NCBI GenBank assembly: GCA_021787635.1
Contig: JAJYLO010000001.1
Location: 1-59,734, forward strand
Source: a bacterium
GTDB taxonomy: Bacteria > Patescibacteriota > Microgenomatia > UBA1406 > GWC2-37-13
Direction: 5' to 3'
DNA length: 59,734 bases
Made by a program: the position numbers and the translations under genes. Below are positions 1 to 9,416 of the stretch, piece after piece (the stretch's first letter is position 1; each line of letters starts with the position of its first letter). The notes beneath the pieces were generated by a model, which was not told where the DNA came from, searched no databases, and was given only the letters and a program-made list of their open reading frames with translations.

Positions 1-879
1 TAGCCAAAACTGCCACTCCAAATGACTGTAGATAATAAACAGAATTAGCGCGATCAATAATAAACCGGGCCAAAAGATCCCCGTCAGTATAAAAAATAAA
101 ATTGCCGAGGCGGTGATCGCTTTAACCGCTTCTTTTTGCGAGGTGGCAACCGGATCGAATTTATAGCGTTTCAAATACAACTTTGCCCAAACATGGCTTC
201 GTTTGAAGTATTTTTTGGCAATCGGCCAAAAATCCTCAAATTCATGGAAAACCTGGAGTTCGGGGCAAAATTTTATCGGGGCGATTTTTTCAATCCGGTA
301 GGTTAAGTCAAAATCTTCCAGTTGACTATAATTTTCATCAAAGCCGCCGATTCGGAAAAACAGTTTTTTGTCAATGCCGGCCACTCTGGTTGAGAAAAGA
401 TAATAGCGGGAATTTTGCTGGCGCTCAAAAAGCCAGTAGCTCCAGTCGCGAAAAGCCTTAAACTGGGGAAAAAATTTAGTGGTTTCCTGATGACAATCCC
501 AGATGCCGGTAAAAGCTTTGATGTTATTTTTTTTGACCAAATCAAAAGCAATTTGGAGGGTATTTTTTTTCAACTGCGTATCCGAATCCAAAAAAAACAG
601 GTATTTTCCTTTGGCTGCTTTTGCCCCTTTGTTTCTGGCTGCGCCCGGCCCGCGTTGTTTATTTTGGAGCAATAACTGGAGAGGAAATTTCATTTTAGCC
701 GCATTTTGCCTGACGATTTTTTTAGTACCGTCTTCTGAATAGTCGTCGACAACAGCCGCCTCAATCCGGTTGAAGTTTTTAAAGTTGGAATTGTTGATTG
801 ACAGCAAAAGTTTTCCAATGGTTTTTTCACTGTTTCTGGCCGGGATGACGATCGAGAGAACAATTTTATTCTTAACCAT
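1..879 (-). CDS. Family-2 glycosyltransferase (3' end runs off the left edge)
   Basis: Absent from the ORF track because it has no in-window stop. My reverse-strand translation starts at the ATG (complement of 877-879) and gives MVKNKIVLSIVIPARNSEKTIGKLL..AVVDDYSEDGT..GPGAARNKGAKAAKGKYLFFLDSDTQ. That is the GT2 IVIPxxN / DDxSxD / LDxD pattern. The frame stays open to base 1. Confidence 0.85.
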   Translation of the reverse strand, partial: MVKNKIVLSIVIPARNSEKTIGKLLLSINNSNFKNFNRIEAAVVDDYSEDGTKKIVRQNAAKMKFPLQLLLQNKQRGPGAARNKGAKAAKGKYLFFLDSDTQLKKNTLQIAFDLVKKNNIKAFTGIWDCHQETTKFFPQFKAFRDWSYWLFERQQNSRYYLFSTRVAGIDKKLFFRIGGFDENYSQLEDFDLTYRIEKIAPIKFCPELQVFHEFEDFWPIAKKYFKRSHVWAKLYLKRYKFDPVATSQKEAVKAITASAILFFILTGIFWPGLLLIALILFIIYSHLEWQFWL

Positions 880-904
880 GGGTATATTGTATAATAATCA
901 GCAA

Positions 905-2149
905 ATGAAGAAAAAAACCGTGGCGGTAGTGGGTGTGGGTCGGGTGGGATTGCCGTTGGCCATCGTTTTGGCCGACTCGGGGTTTCGGGTTTTTGGGATA
1001 GGAAAATTTTCTCATAAAATGGATTCTTTAAATCACGGCGTTATGCCGTTTGCCGAGCGGGGAGCGGAAAAATTATTGAAAAAATATGCCGGTAGATCCT
1101 TATATTTTACCGCTTCTTACGAACCCGTCAGGCAAAGCGATATTGTTATTTTGACACTCGGGACGCCGGTTGATGAAAATATGAATCCGGTTCTAGACCA
1201 AATCAACCAGTCGCTCGCGAGCGCTTTACCTTATCTTAAGCGTGGGCAATTAATCATTCTTCGCAGCACCGTTTCACCCCGAACGACCATTTATGTCAAA
1301 GATACCATCGAAATGAAAACCAGGTTTAAAGTCGGAAAAAATATATATTTAGCCTTTTGTCCGGAGCGAATTGCCGAGGGAAACTCCATCGCGGAAATTA
1401 AGGAAGTGCCGCAAATCATCGGCGGCGTGGATAAAACTTCAACCAAGCTGGCAAAGGATTTTTTTACCGGTTTTGGCGCCCGCTGTCTGACGACTGACAG
1501 TGTTTCCGCCGAGCTGGCCAAGCTTTTTACCAATATGTACCGTTATATCTCATTTGCCATTGCCAATGAATTTATGGTGATTGCCGAAAATTTCAACCGC
1601 AACATTCATGAAATCATCCATCTGGTTAACGACGGTTACAAACGTGGCGGGTTGGTATTGCCCGGCTTGACCGGCGGACCGTGTCTTTTTAAAGACGGTT
1701 TTTTTCTAGTTAATGAAAACCCGTTTTTGGATCTTATTGTCGCCAGCTGGAAAATCAATGAAGCGCTGCCTTTGTTTATCCTGAAAAAACTGCGGGAACG
1801 GGTGAACTTGAAAAACAAAAAAATCGCCATTCTCGGCCTGGCGTTTAAACCGGAAATAGACGATATCCGCGAGTCTTTGAGCTTTAAAATCCGCAAGGCG
1901 CTTTTACGCGAACATGCCAAAGTCGTGCTTCATGACCCGTTTGTGGCCGAATACAAATCGCAAGAGATCGGCCATGATTTAAAAACGGCGCTGACCGGAG
2001 CGCAAATTGTCATCATCGCCATGCGGCATAAAGAATACGTCCGGCGGCAAAAAGAGATCGGTCAGTGGCTAGACAAAAAGGCGTACATCTGCGATGTCTG
2101 GAATATTTTCGGCACCAATAAGCTAATTTATAAAGCGGCACTTTTGTGA
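905..2149 (+). CDS. Nucleotide-sugar dehydrogenase (UDP-glucose/GDP-mannose dehydrogenase family)
   Basis: ORF 770..2149. The Rossmann start MKKKTVAVVGVGRVGLPLA begins at ATG 905; the 45 codons upstream overlap the divergent GT2 gene. FCPERIAEG and catalytic-Cys context GGPCLFKD are present. Confidence 0.9.
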   Translation: MKKKTVAVVGVGRVGLPLAIVLADSGFRVFGIGKFSHKMDSLNHGVMPFAERGAEKLLKKYAGRSLYFTASYEPVRQSDIVILTLGTPVDENMNPVLDQINQSLASALPYLKRGQLIILRSTVSPRTTIYVKDTIEMKTRFKVGKNIYLAFCPERIAEGNSIAEIKEVPQIIGGVDKTSTKLAKDFFTGFGARCLTTDSVSAELAKLFTNMYRYISFAIANEFMVIAENFNRNIHEIIHLVNDGYKRGGLVLPGLTGGPCLFKDGFFLVNENPFLDLIVASWKINEALPLFILKKLRERVNLKNKKIAILGLAFKPEIDDIRESLSFKIRKALLREHAKVVLHDPFVAEYKSQEIGHDLKTALTGAQIVIIAMRHKEYVRRQKEIGQWLDKKAYICDVWNIFGTNKLIYKAALL

Positions 2150-2895
2150 TAAACAAACTTATCTATTCGGTCAAATCATTGCTTCGGTTAATGACCGAAA
2201 TGGAGAATTTCCCTAACATCTTCAATTACTTGGTGAAAAAACCGGTCTTAGTCCGCCTGAAAAACGGCATCAGCCTTTATACCAGCCAGCCGATTGAGCT
2301 TATTACCATTAAAGAAACAATTTTGGACGATGAGTATAAAATTTCCCGGGTAAAAAATTTAAAAAATGTCGTCGATGTGGGTGCCGGTCTGGGTGATTTT
2401 TCGCTATTGGTGGCGAAAAGATTTCCCGGAGTCAGGATTACCGCTTTTGAGCCTAATAAGACGGTATTCAATCTTTTTAAAAAGAATTTATTGATTAATA
2501 AAATAACGAACGTGAAAGTTTACAATATGGCCGTTGGCCGGAAAGAAAACTATTTTTTATATCTGGCGGCCGCCAATGTTCACGGTTCGACCATTAAAAA
2601 TTACCGGGCCGTCAAAAAAGTCAAAGTCAAAGCGGGAAAACTGGCTGATTTTATCAGCCAAGAGGTTGATTTTTTGAAAGTTGACTGTGAAGGCGCCGAA
2701 ATAGACGTTTTAAAGAGTCTTGGTCCAAATAAATTTACTTTCATCCGCCGGATTATGGTCGAATATCATAACGGAATAATCCCCGCCGAAGACCAAAAAA
2801 TGGCCGCAATTTTGAAAAAATACCATTTTGAAGTCCAAATAACAAAAAATTATATCGTGCCAACTACCGGTTATATAATTGGAGTAAAATCTTAA
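2146..2895 (+). CDS. FkbM-family SAM-dependent methyltransferase
   Basis: VVDVGAGLGDFSLLVAKRFPGVRITAFEPN..FLKVDCEGAEIDVL. GTG start overlaps the upstream TGA (GTGA). Confidence 0.85.
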   Translation: MINKLIYSVKSLLRLMTEMENFPNIFNYLVKKPVLVRLKNGISLYTSQPIELITIKETILDDEYKISRVKNLKNVVDVGAGLGDFSLLVAKRFPGVRITAFEPNKTVFNLFKKNLLINKITNVKVYNMAVGRKENYFLYLAAANVHGSTIKNYRAVKKVKVKAGKLADFISQEVDFLKVDCEGAEIDVLKSLGPNKFTFIRRIMVEYHNGIIPAEDQKMAAILKKYHFEVQITKNYIVPTTGYIIGVKS

Positions 2896-2897
2896 CG

Positions 2898-3854
2898 ATG
2901 AAAATTCTGGTCACCGGCAGCGCGGGATTTATCGGCGGATATCTTGTTGATGAATTATTAAAACAAGGTTGTACCGTTGTTGGCATCGATAATTTCTCCA
3001 AATACGGCAAAAAGCAGAAGAAATACGCTAACGCCAACTATGAGTTGGTCAAAGGCGATGTTAAAAATACCCGTTTGTTAAAGAAATTGTTGGCTGGCTG
3101 CGACCACCTGATTGCCGGAGCGGCGATGATCGGCGGCATCGGCTATTTTCATAAATATGCTTATGATCTGTTGGCGGAAAACGAACGGATTATTGCCTCG
3201 ACTTTTGACGCCGCCATCGATGCGTTTAAAAACGACCGGTTGAAAAAAATCACCGTTATTTCCTCCAGCATGGTTTATGAATCAACACTGGTTTTTCCGA
3301 CACCGGAATCGTCGTTAGGTAAAACCCCCGCGCCGTTATCGACCTATGGCTTTCAGAAACTGGCGGCGGAATATTTTTGTCGGGGAGCCTGGGAGCAGTA
3401 CCGTTTGCCTTACACTATTGTCCGGCCGTTTAACTGCGTCGGCGTCGGCGAGGGAAAGATGGGCCATGTCGTCCCCGATATGGTCAGTAAGATTCTGGCC
3501 GGCCAGGATCCGGTCCACATTTTAGGTAAAGGCAACCAGATCCGCTGTTATACTTACGGTGGCGATATCGCCAGAGGAATTGTTGCCGCCGTTTTTTCCC
3601 CCAAAGCGGCCAATGGCGACTTTAATATTTCGACGGCCGAGGTGACGACGGTTTTGCAGTTGGTGAAATTGATCTGGAAAAAAATTAACGGTAATAAGCC
3701 GTTTCATTTTGTTTCCGATAAGCCATTTATTCATGATGTTCAGAAAAGAATACCGGACGTGAGAAAAGCAAAAAAAATATTGGGTTTTGAGGCCGAGATG
3801 AAATTAAACGAGATGTTAGATGAAGTTATAGATTGGATGAAAAAAAATCAATAA
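2898..3854 (+). CDS. NAD-dependent sugar epimerase/dehydratase (extended SDR)
   Basis: MKILVTGSAGFIGGYLV Rossmann motif and a YGFQK (YxxxK) catalytic motif. Confidence 0.9.
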   Translation: MKILVTGSAGFIGGYLVDELLKQGCTVVGIDNFSKYGKKQKKYANANYELVKGDVKNTRLLKKLLAGCDHLIAGAAMIGGIGYFHKYAYDLLAENERIIASTFDAAIDAFKNDRLKKITVISSSMVYESTLVFPTPESSLGKTPAPLSTYGFQKLAAEYFCRGAWEQYRLPYTIVRPFNCVGVGEGKMGHVVPDMVSKILAGQDPVHILGKGNQIRCYTYGGDIARGIVAAVFSPKAANGDFNISTAEVTTVLQLVKLIWKKINGNKPFHFVSDKPFIHDVQKRIPDVRKAKKILGFEAEMKLNEMLDEVIDWMKKNQ

Positions 3855-3980
3855 TTTATTGTTGCAGATTCCGTCGTTCGTGATCCTTTCTCTTCTGCGA
3901 GGCTCTGCGGCCTACGCCGCAATCCGTTTCTCGAAGAGACGCCTCACTCGCGGCACCGGCAACAATACAACAATATATTG

Positions 3981-4664
3981 ATGAAGCAATTATCAATCAT
4001 TATTCCCGTTTTCCACGAAGAAAAAAATATCGTCAAGGTTTTGGCGCGGATCGAAAAATCGGTCAAAACGCCGCACGAAACGCTCGTTATTTATGACAAC
4101 GAGGATGATCCGACGGTAAAAAAAGTTCAAAATACAGTGAAATTAATAAAAAATTCCGTTGGTAATGGCCGGGGAGTGATGAATGCCATTAAAACCGGTT
4201 TTAAAAAAGCCAAAGGAGAAGCGATTGTCGTCACCATGGCCGATCTTTGCGACGATGTGTCCCAGATTGATACGATGTACCGATCCATCGTAAACGGCTG
4301 TGACATTGTCTGCGCCTCCCGTTACATGAGAGGCGGTAAAAAAATCGGCGGCCCGCTGTTGAAAACATTTCTGTCCCGTCTGGCCGGGTTGACTCTTTAT
4401 CGTTTTTTCGGCGTGCCAACGCATGACGCCACTAACGCCTTTAAAATATACCGCCGGAAAATATTTAACCGGATCAAAATAGAAAGCACCGGCGGTTTCG
4501 AGTACTCCCTGGAAATTGTCGTTAAAGCCCACCGTTTAGGCTATAAAATAAAGGAAATTCCTACCGTTTGGAAAGACCGGGAAGCGGGAAAGTCGAATTT
4601 CAAGCTGTGGAAATGGCTGCCGAACTATGTACAATCATATTTATGTATTTTTAAGAAACCTTGA
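3981..4664 (+). CDS. Family-2 glycosyltransferase, polyprenol-phosphate mannose/glucose synthase-like
   Basis: MKQLSIIIPVFHEEKNI..VIYDNEDDPT..VVTMADLCDD. The track starts at TTG 3978; the ATG at 3981 is more likely. Confidence 0.85.
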   Translation: MKQLSIIIPVFHEEKNIVKVLARIEKSVKTPHETLVIYDNEDDPTVKKVQNTVKLIKNSVGNGRGVMNAIKTGFKKAKGEAIVVTMADLCDDVSQIDTMYRSIVNGCDIVCASRYMRGGKKIGGPLLKTFLSRLAGLTLYRFFGVPTHDATNAFKIYRRKIFNRIKIESTGGFEYSLEIVVKAHRLGYKIKEIPTVWKDREAGKSNFKLWKWLPNYVQSYLCIFKKP

Positions 4665-4738
4665 CATATCTTTTTTGGCTTCGGCCGGTCGCAAAAAATC
4701 CATGTCGGCGGTTTCTTTGACAATGCAGTGATGTAACT

Positions 4739-5392
4739 ATGTTGCAATCTCTTAAACAAATATATGTCGCCCGTTTTAATAATAAGCGGGAGCGGGAAAA
4801 TGTCTGGCGCATCCTGGTAAAAAATTATTTCCAGCGTTTCATCAGTAAAAACGATACGGTTTTGGATGTCGGTTGTGGTTATGGCGATTTTATTAATTAT
4901 GTCACCGCCAAAAAGAAACTGGCGGTCGATTTGAACGCGTTCGGCCGCGGCGAAATCGCCAAAGACGTCCGGTTTTTTGTCGCCCCGTCAAGCAAAATGC
5001 CGTTTATCAAAGCCGGCTCCATCGATAAAATTTTCGTCAGTAATTTTTTTGAACATCTGCGGCCGGAGGAAATCGAAGCGACGATTAAAGAATTCCGACG
5101 AGTGCTAAAAAGCGGAGGACAGGTCTTAGTCCTCCAGCCCAACATCCGTTTGTTACTTCACGATTTCTGGATGTTTTTTGACCACCTGACGCCGATTGAT
5201 GACCGGGGGCTTACTGAAATATTCGGCGTTTACGGCTTCAATTTGAAAAAACGGATCGTCCGCTTTATTCCCTATACCCGCAAAAGCCGACTGCCCAAAT
5301 GGCCGTTTTTTGTCAAACTGTACTTGCGGTTGCCGGTCATCTGGCCGATTTTTGGCCGGCAGAGTTTTTTAATCTTCGAGAAAGGTGATTGA
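4739..5392 (+). CDS. Class I SAM-dependent methyltransferase
   Basis: VLDVGCGYGDFINY glycine-rich SAM loop; LKSGGQVLVLQPN. Confidence 0.8.
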   Translation: MLQSLKQIYVARFNNKRERENVWRILVKNYFQRFISKNDTVLDVGCGYGDFINYVTAKKKLAVDLNAFGRGEIAKDVRFFVAPSSKMPFIKAGSIDKIFVSNFFEHLRPEEIEATIKEFRRVLKSGGQVLVLQPNIRLLLHDFWMFFDHLTPIDDRGLTEIFGVYGFNLKKRIVRFIPYTRKSRLPKWPFFVKLYLRLPVIWPIFGRQSFLIFEKGD

Positions 5393-5399
5393 TTTATAA

Positions 5400-7085
5400 T
5401 TATCGTACCTGATAAATTTTTACCTCCGGATTTTCGTAGATTTTTTTCAGAAAAGGATAAAGGGCGATATTGCCGCCGACAGCCCGTTCCTGATAGCCGT
5501 CATAGACATACCGGAAGTGATTGTTTTTCAAAAATTGGTCTGCGTCCCGGGCAGATAAAGTGCCGGAGTAGAAAGGTGTCCTTAAATTATAATCCATGTT
5601 GGCGCCGGTGGCGTTTCCGGAAAAGCCGATAATGAGAAAACTGGCTTCGTAAAGCGCCAAGACGCCGGAGCCGACCGGCGTGTTTTTTTCCAGCCACCGA
5701 AAAGCGGCCACTTGCGCAACGGTCGGATAAGTAAAATTGGAAAAGCTTTTAAAATCGGTGAAGGCGAAAAGCTGTTCCTTGTAGGACAGGTAATAATTGG
5801 GCCCGGTGATAATAAAAAGGGTGAATAATAGAAAGCTCAACACCGTGTTTCTCGCAATGAGGAACACCCATTCCCCCCGCTGCTGCTCGGTCTGCTCCTT
5901 AATTGCTCGAAACAGATGTTTTCGCTTTCTTAAAATTATTTGTATTATTATCTGCGTAAGTTGTGTGCTTACAATTGTAATCAGATAGGCGGAAAAAAGG
6001 GCCAGTGGCAGATAATACAGGCTGTTGAAGGAACGGAGGGGATCGAGCCGGACAAAATCGCCAAAAAAGAAGAGGAAAAGTTGGACGAAGAACCAGATTA
6101 TTAAAAATATTAATTGAGGAAGCTCGACATGACTTTGTCGCAAAAATTTCATATCTTCGCTTTCCCTTAATAGCATTAATATCGCACCGGCAATTCCCAA
6201 AAAGAAAATCGGACCGATAGACATAATGGCATCCCAAAAAGGAATCGCCGGATGGCTGATGATATAAAAAGCCGGCGCATTACCCAAGGTGCCCCAGGGC
6301 GGCTGTGATAGGAAGTGCTGATTATATAAAAAAAGCGGGATAGCCAGGGTAAACGGTACAAGGCTATCCCAGGCAAAAGTCACCAGGGCGAAAATGCCGA
6401 ATGACACGGATAAAATCAAAAAAGCAAACGGGTTGGCCAAAAGGGTAAAATTAATAAGTATTCCGGCCACCAGGATTTTTTTCCAGCCGGCAGTTTTTCC
6501 GGTGAACCACCATAAAACCACCAGGATAAAAAAAATAGCGCCGGCCGTATAATGAAGCGGCCCGGTCGCCCGGCCGATAATATTTTGCTCCTGGAACCAA
6601 GCCAGATAGCGGGAAAAGCTGATTGGCCAAAGATGGTCGATTTTCGGAAAACCGGCGACATAAAACGTCAGCCAAAAAGCGACGGCCGTCAGCATTTTGC
6701 TTTTGGTCAGCCGGTAAAAAAAGACCCAGCACAAGATCAGAAAGATTAAGCCGTAAATTGCTCTTGCCAGATGATAAGAAAATATGGAATTAAATCCGAA
6801 TAAATGGCCAAAAACAAACCCCGGCAGGGTATGGGCCAGATGAGCATAGACGGGAATTTGCGGTTGGGTAGTCGCCAGCAGCCGGGCGCCCAGTTCGCCC
6901 CGACGACCCAACTCAACATATGACAGGTAAGTAAAATAGTCGCTGCTCCAGCGGTTGATGCCGGAAAAAACCTGCCCGGCGGGTGTGGCCAGATATTCGA
7001 AAAACCAGGGTGAAAGGGAGATTGTTAAAGTGATACCGACCGCGACCGGCAATAAAAAATACCAGAAAAAGTTGTTGCTTTTCAT
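5400..7085 (-). CDS. Large polytopic membrane protein, putative GT-C-type glycosyltransferase (paralog A)
   Basis: 561 aa, more than 10 hydrophobic spans, soluble C-terminal domain. Its C-terminal motif NNHFRYVYDGYQERAVGGNIALYPFLKKIY is shared with the adjacent gene. Confidence 0.6.
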   Translation of the reverse strand: MKSNNFFWYFLLPVAVGITLTISLSPWFFEYLATPAGQVFSGINRWSSDYFTYLSYVELGRRGELGARLLATTQPQIPVYAHLAHTLPGFVFGHLFGFNSIFSYHLARAIYGLIFLILCWVFFYRLTKSKMLTAVAFWLTFYVAGFPKIDHLWPISFSRYLAWFQEQNIIGRATGPLHYTAGAIFFILVVLWWFTGKTAGWKKILVAGILINFTLLANPFAFLILSVSFGIFALVTFAWDSLVPFTLAIPLFLYNQHFLSQPPWGTLGNAPAFYIISHPAIPFWDAIMSIGPIFFLGIAGAILMLLRESEDMKFLRQSHVELPQLIFLIIWFFVQLFLFFFGDFVRLDPLRSFNSLYYLPLALFSAYLITIVSTQLTQIIIQIILRKRKHLFRAIKEQTEQQRGEWVFLIARNTVLSFLLFTLFIITGPNYYLSYKEQLFAFTDFKSFSNFTYPTVAQVAAFRWLEKNTPVGSGVLALYEASFLIIGFSGNATGANMDYNLRTPFYSGTLSARDADQFLKNNHFRYVYDGYQERAVGGNIALYPFLKKIYENPEVKIYQVR

Positions 7086-8707
7086 TTTTGAAAACGGAAA
7101 ATAGTGACCAGGGCCGACCGATATACCGGTTTTAGAAACGGATAGGCGTTAATATCGTTAACGGCATTTTCTTTTTCCTGCGGGCCGTAAAAAACATATG
7201 TGATGTTATTTTGGATAAGGAATTGTTTGGCCTGGTCGGCGGTTTCCACACCGGAGAAAAACGCATTCACCTGGGCTGACCGGGCATCAAAATGCGGTGT
7301 TTCCGAACCATGTCCGAGATAGACGAAATTGCCGGCGTAAGCCGGGATGTAGTTGCCGGCGGTATATTGGGAGAGGACGACGGCTGTTTCCGGCGTATTA
7401 TTTTTTAACCACATAATCGCCTGCCAGAAATCTGTTAACGGGTACATGACCTGCGGCGGGTAAGGAACAAGCGGCAGGGTAGCGATGACCCGCTGGTGGA
7501 TGAAGGCGAATTGGTGCTTGAGGGAGAGGACGGTTTGGTAGAGGCCGTTGACAATAATGACGGTAATAATTATTGTTGCTATTATCTTCGGCAACGGAAT
7601 TTTTTTCACACGAGAGTCTCCCCCTCGAATACCGGGGCTCTCGGAAGTGAGAAAAATTCCTTTTCTTCTAACAAGATAAGACAAAAAATAAACGCTCAAA
7701 ATCGCCAGCGGGATGTGATTGGCGGTTTGGACGAAGCGAAGGGGCGACTGGGAAGGAAGAAAGGTAAAAACGGTCATACCGGCCGCGGCGGCCAAAACCC
7801 AACTGGCAAGCGGTAACAGCCGTGAATTTCTTTTCCACAAAACAAGAATCAGGCCGGCTACACCGGTGAAAAAAATCGGCCCGAGAGCCAAAATATATTC
7901 TTTCAAGTTAAAAGGCAAGGGGTAATTTTTTTCAAAATCCACCAGGCTTTTCCACGGATATGTCGCCGTGACGGAGTGGATATATAAAAGAGGGATCAAA
8001 GCCACCACGATCAGAATAATTGTTTTTTTCCAGGGAAAAGGCCGTTTTAGAAGATGATAGATGAACCAGGAACCGAATATCAGGAGGGCGCCTGACGGTT
8101 GAACAAGAAATAATAAAAATACCAGCAGGCAAAGAACAATAAAATAGCGGTTCTTAAAAAACAATACCGAGGCAATAGCGATGCTTATATAGCTAAAGGT
8201 GTAATGGGGTACGTAGCTTAGCCGCTTTAAGACATCCATTTCCTGCCACCAGTCCATGTGGTGGCCCCAGCCGGCAGCCAGCAGAGAGAAAATAATGCCG
8301 AGCACGTATTGATTCGGCTGCCGCAGGAAATAGACGTTGAGAAAAATAATAGCCATCACCCAGGCGACACTAAGGATGGTCCGCAGAATTTGAAAAGTGA
8401 AGACCGGAGTAAAGTGAAAAACGCCGCCTAATTTGCCCGCCAGGAGATAGAGCATTTGCAGAAAAATACCTTTAGCGTCAGGATGGTTGTCATATTTATC
8501 AACGACGCTCCAGCGTCCTTCCTGTCCCTGGCGGATTTTGCTTAAATAAACGTTGTAATCATATGTGTAAATATGCTCGCCCCAGACCATTACCCGGTCG
8601 GCCGGTAAGGAATTGACCAATGATACTTCATAAATGTTGGGTAGATAACTTAAAAAAAGAAAGAGAAAGGAGAAGAAGATAAGGAAAAAAACAATTTTTG
8701 ATTTCAT
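7082..8707 (-). CDS. Large polytopic membrane protein, putative GT-C-type glycosyltransferase (paralog B)
   Basis: 541 aa. 4-nt ATGA overlap with paralog A. C-terminal NNITYVFYGPQEKENAVNDINAYPFLKPVY parallels paralog A. Contains the in-frame palindrome at 7596-7660. Confidence 0.6.
   Translation of the reverse strand: MKSKIVFFLIFFSFLFLFLSYLPNIYEVSLVNSLPADRVMVWGEHIYTYDYNVYLSKIRQGQEGRWSVVDKYDNHPDAKGIFLQMLYLLAGKLGGVFHFTPVFTFQILRTILSVAWVMAIIFLNVYFLRQPNQYVLGIIFSLLAAGWGHHMDWWQEMDVLKRLSYVPHYTFSYISIAIASVLFFKNRYFIVLCLLVFLLFLVQPSGALLIFGSWFIYHLLKRPFPWKKTIILIVVALIPLLYIHSVTATYPWKSLVDFEKNYPLPFNLKEYILALGPIFFTGVAGLILVLWKRNSRLLPLASWVLAAAAGMTVFTFLPSQSPLRFVQTANHIPLAILSVYFLSYLVRRKGIFLTSESPGIRGGDSRVKKIPLPKIIATIIITVIIVNGLYQTVLSLKHQFAFIHQRVIATLPLVPYPPQVMYPLTDFWQAIMWLKNNTPETAVVLSQYTAGNYIPAYAGNFVYLGHGSETPHFDARSAQVNAFFSGVETADQAKQFLIQNNITYVFYGPQEKENAVNDINAYPFLKPVYRSALVTIFRFQK
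7596..7660. repeat. 65-nt near-perfect palindrome inside the coding sequence of GT-C paralog B
   Basis: ggaatttttttcacacgagag tctccccctcgaataccggggc tctcggaagtgagaaaaattcc. The outer arms are complementary (ggaattttt.tcac..gagag), with an inner cccc/gggg pair. Confidence 0.8.
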
Positions 8708-8735
8708 GAAATTATTTTATATAACTTTTTTGCTA

Positions 8736-8764
8736 TTGACAAATCGGAAAATCTTTTTTAACTT
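8736..8764 (+). promoter_or_regulatory. Sigma-70-like promoter TTGACA-17-TAACTT, 6 nt before the ATG (leaderless geometry)
   Basis: ttgaca aatcggaaaatcttttt taactt atataa ATG. Confidence 0.5.
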
Positions 8765-8770
8765 ATATAA

Positions 8771-9415
8771 ATGGAGGAAAAAAATTCATTAGCGGTTGCC
8801 AGTCTGGTCGTGTTAGTTTTATTTCTTCTTTTGGTCGGCGGTATTTATTATTGGATGAGCAATAGGTCCAAGGGGGCAGTGATTTTTCCCAATGGCATCA
8901 ATTATCTGGGGCCGTCGACCACTCTTACTCCAGAACCAACGATCGATTTATCCAAGCTTGGTCAGTCCGGGCAATGGATAAAGGTTTCCGGCCGCCATTT
9001 TAAATTTGATATTGCCTATCCGGCCGAATTGCAAGTAACGGCGTTTATCGACGATCCGACGGACAAACTGGCATGGATTACCGGTATTAAGCCGCCGCAG
9101 GAGAACGTCTTTGCCAGTGTTGAGAAAATGTCCGAACTGGGATTAGAATATACTGGACAGCCGGAGAAATTCGCCTACGATTTTTGGAAAAAGTTCAGCG
9201 GCTTGTCCGGCGTCCAGTCGGTGACGGCTATCACCAACCAAAAAAATCTAAAAGGTTTTAAAGCTATTTATACGACCAAAACGCCGGGAGTGACGGTCAC
9301 CAATTATTTCTTCCCCGTCCCCAATGATGACGATCATGTCCTTCAGGTATTAAACGGCATTCTGCCGGTCAATATCTTTAACAGTATCGTCAATAGCGTC
9401 GAGTTTACGAAATAA
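8771..9415 (+). CDS. Hypothetical N-terminally membrane-anchored protein
   Basis: ORF with a single N-terminal TM (LAVASLVVLVLFLLLVGGIYYW). Promoter-like TTGACA-17-TAACTT lies 6 nt upstream of the ATG. Confidence 0.6.
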   Translation: MEEKNSLAVASLVVLVLFLLLVGGIYYWMSNRSKGAVIFPNGINYLGPSTTLTPEPTIDLSKLGQSGQWIKVSGRHFKFDIAYPAELQVTAFIDDPTDKLAWITGIKPPQENVFASVEKMSELGLEYTGQPEKFAYDFWKKFSGLSGVQSVTAITNQKNLKGFKAIYTTKTPGVTVTNYFFPVPNDDDHVLQVLNGILPVNIFNSIVNSVEFTK

Positions 9416-9416
9416 T

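Noticed and set aside
303-742. Three track ORFs (303..551-, 415..675+, 503..742+)
   Set aside because: All lie inside, and out of frame with or antisense to, the GT2 gene that runs off the left edge (1-879, minus strand). That gene has clear family motifs.
4143-4532. 129-aa antisense ORF, and many similar 60-150-aa ORFs (e.g. 5899..6237, 11627..11971, 19701..19988, 21640..22023, 23019..23459, 32009..32473, 44280..44642, 53202..53651)
   Set aside because: They lie antisense to or overlapping long ORFs with recognisable families. They are typical shadow ORFs, several of them Arg/Gly/Pro-rich artefacts of the opposite strand.
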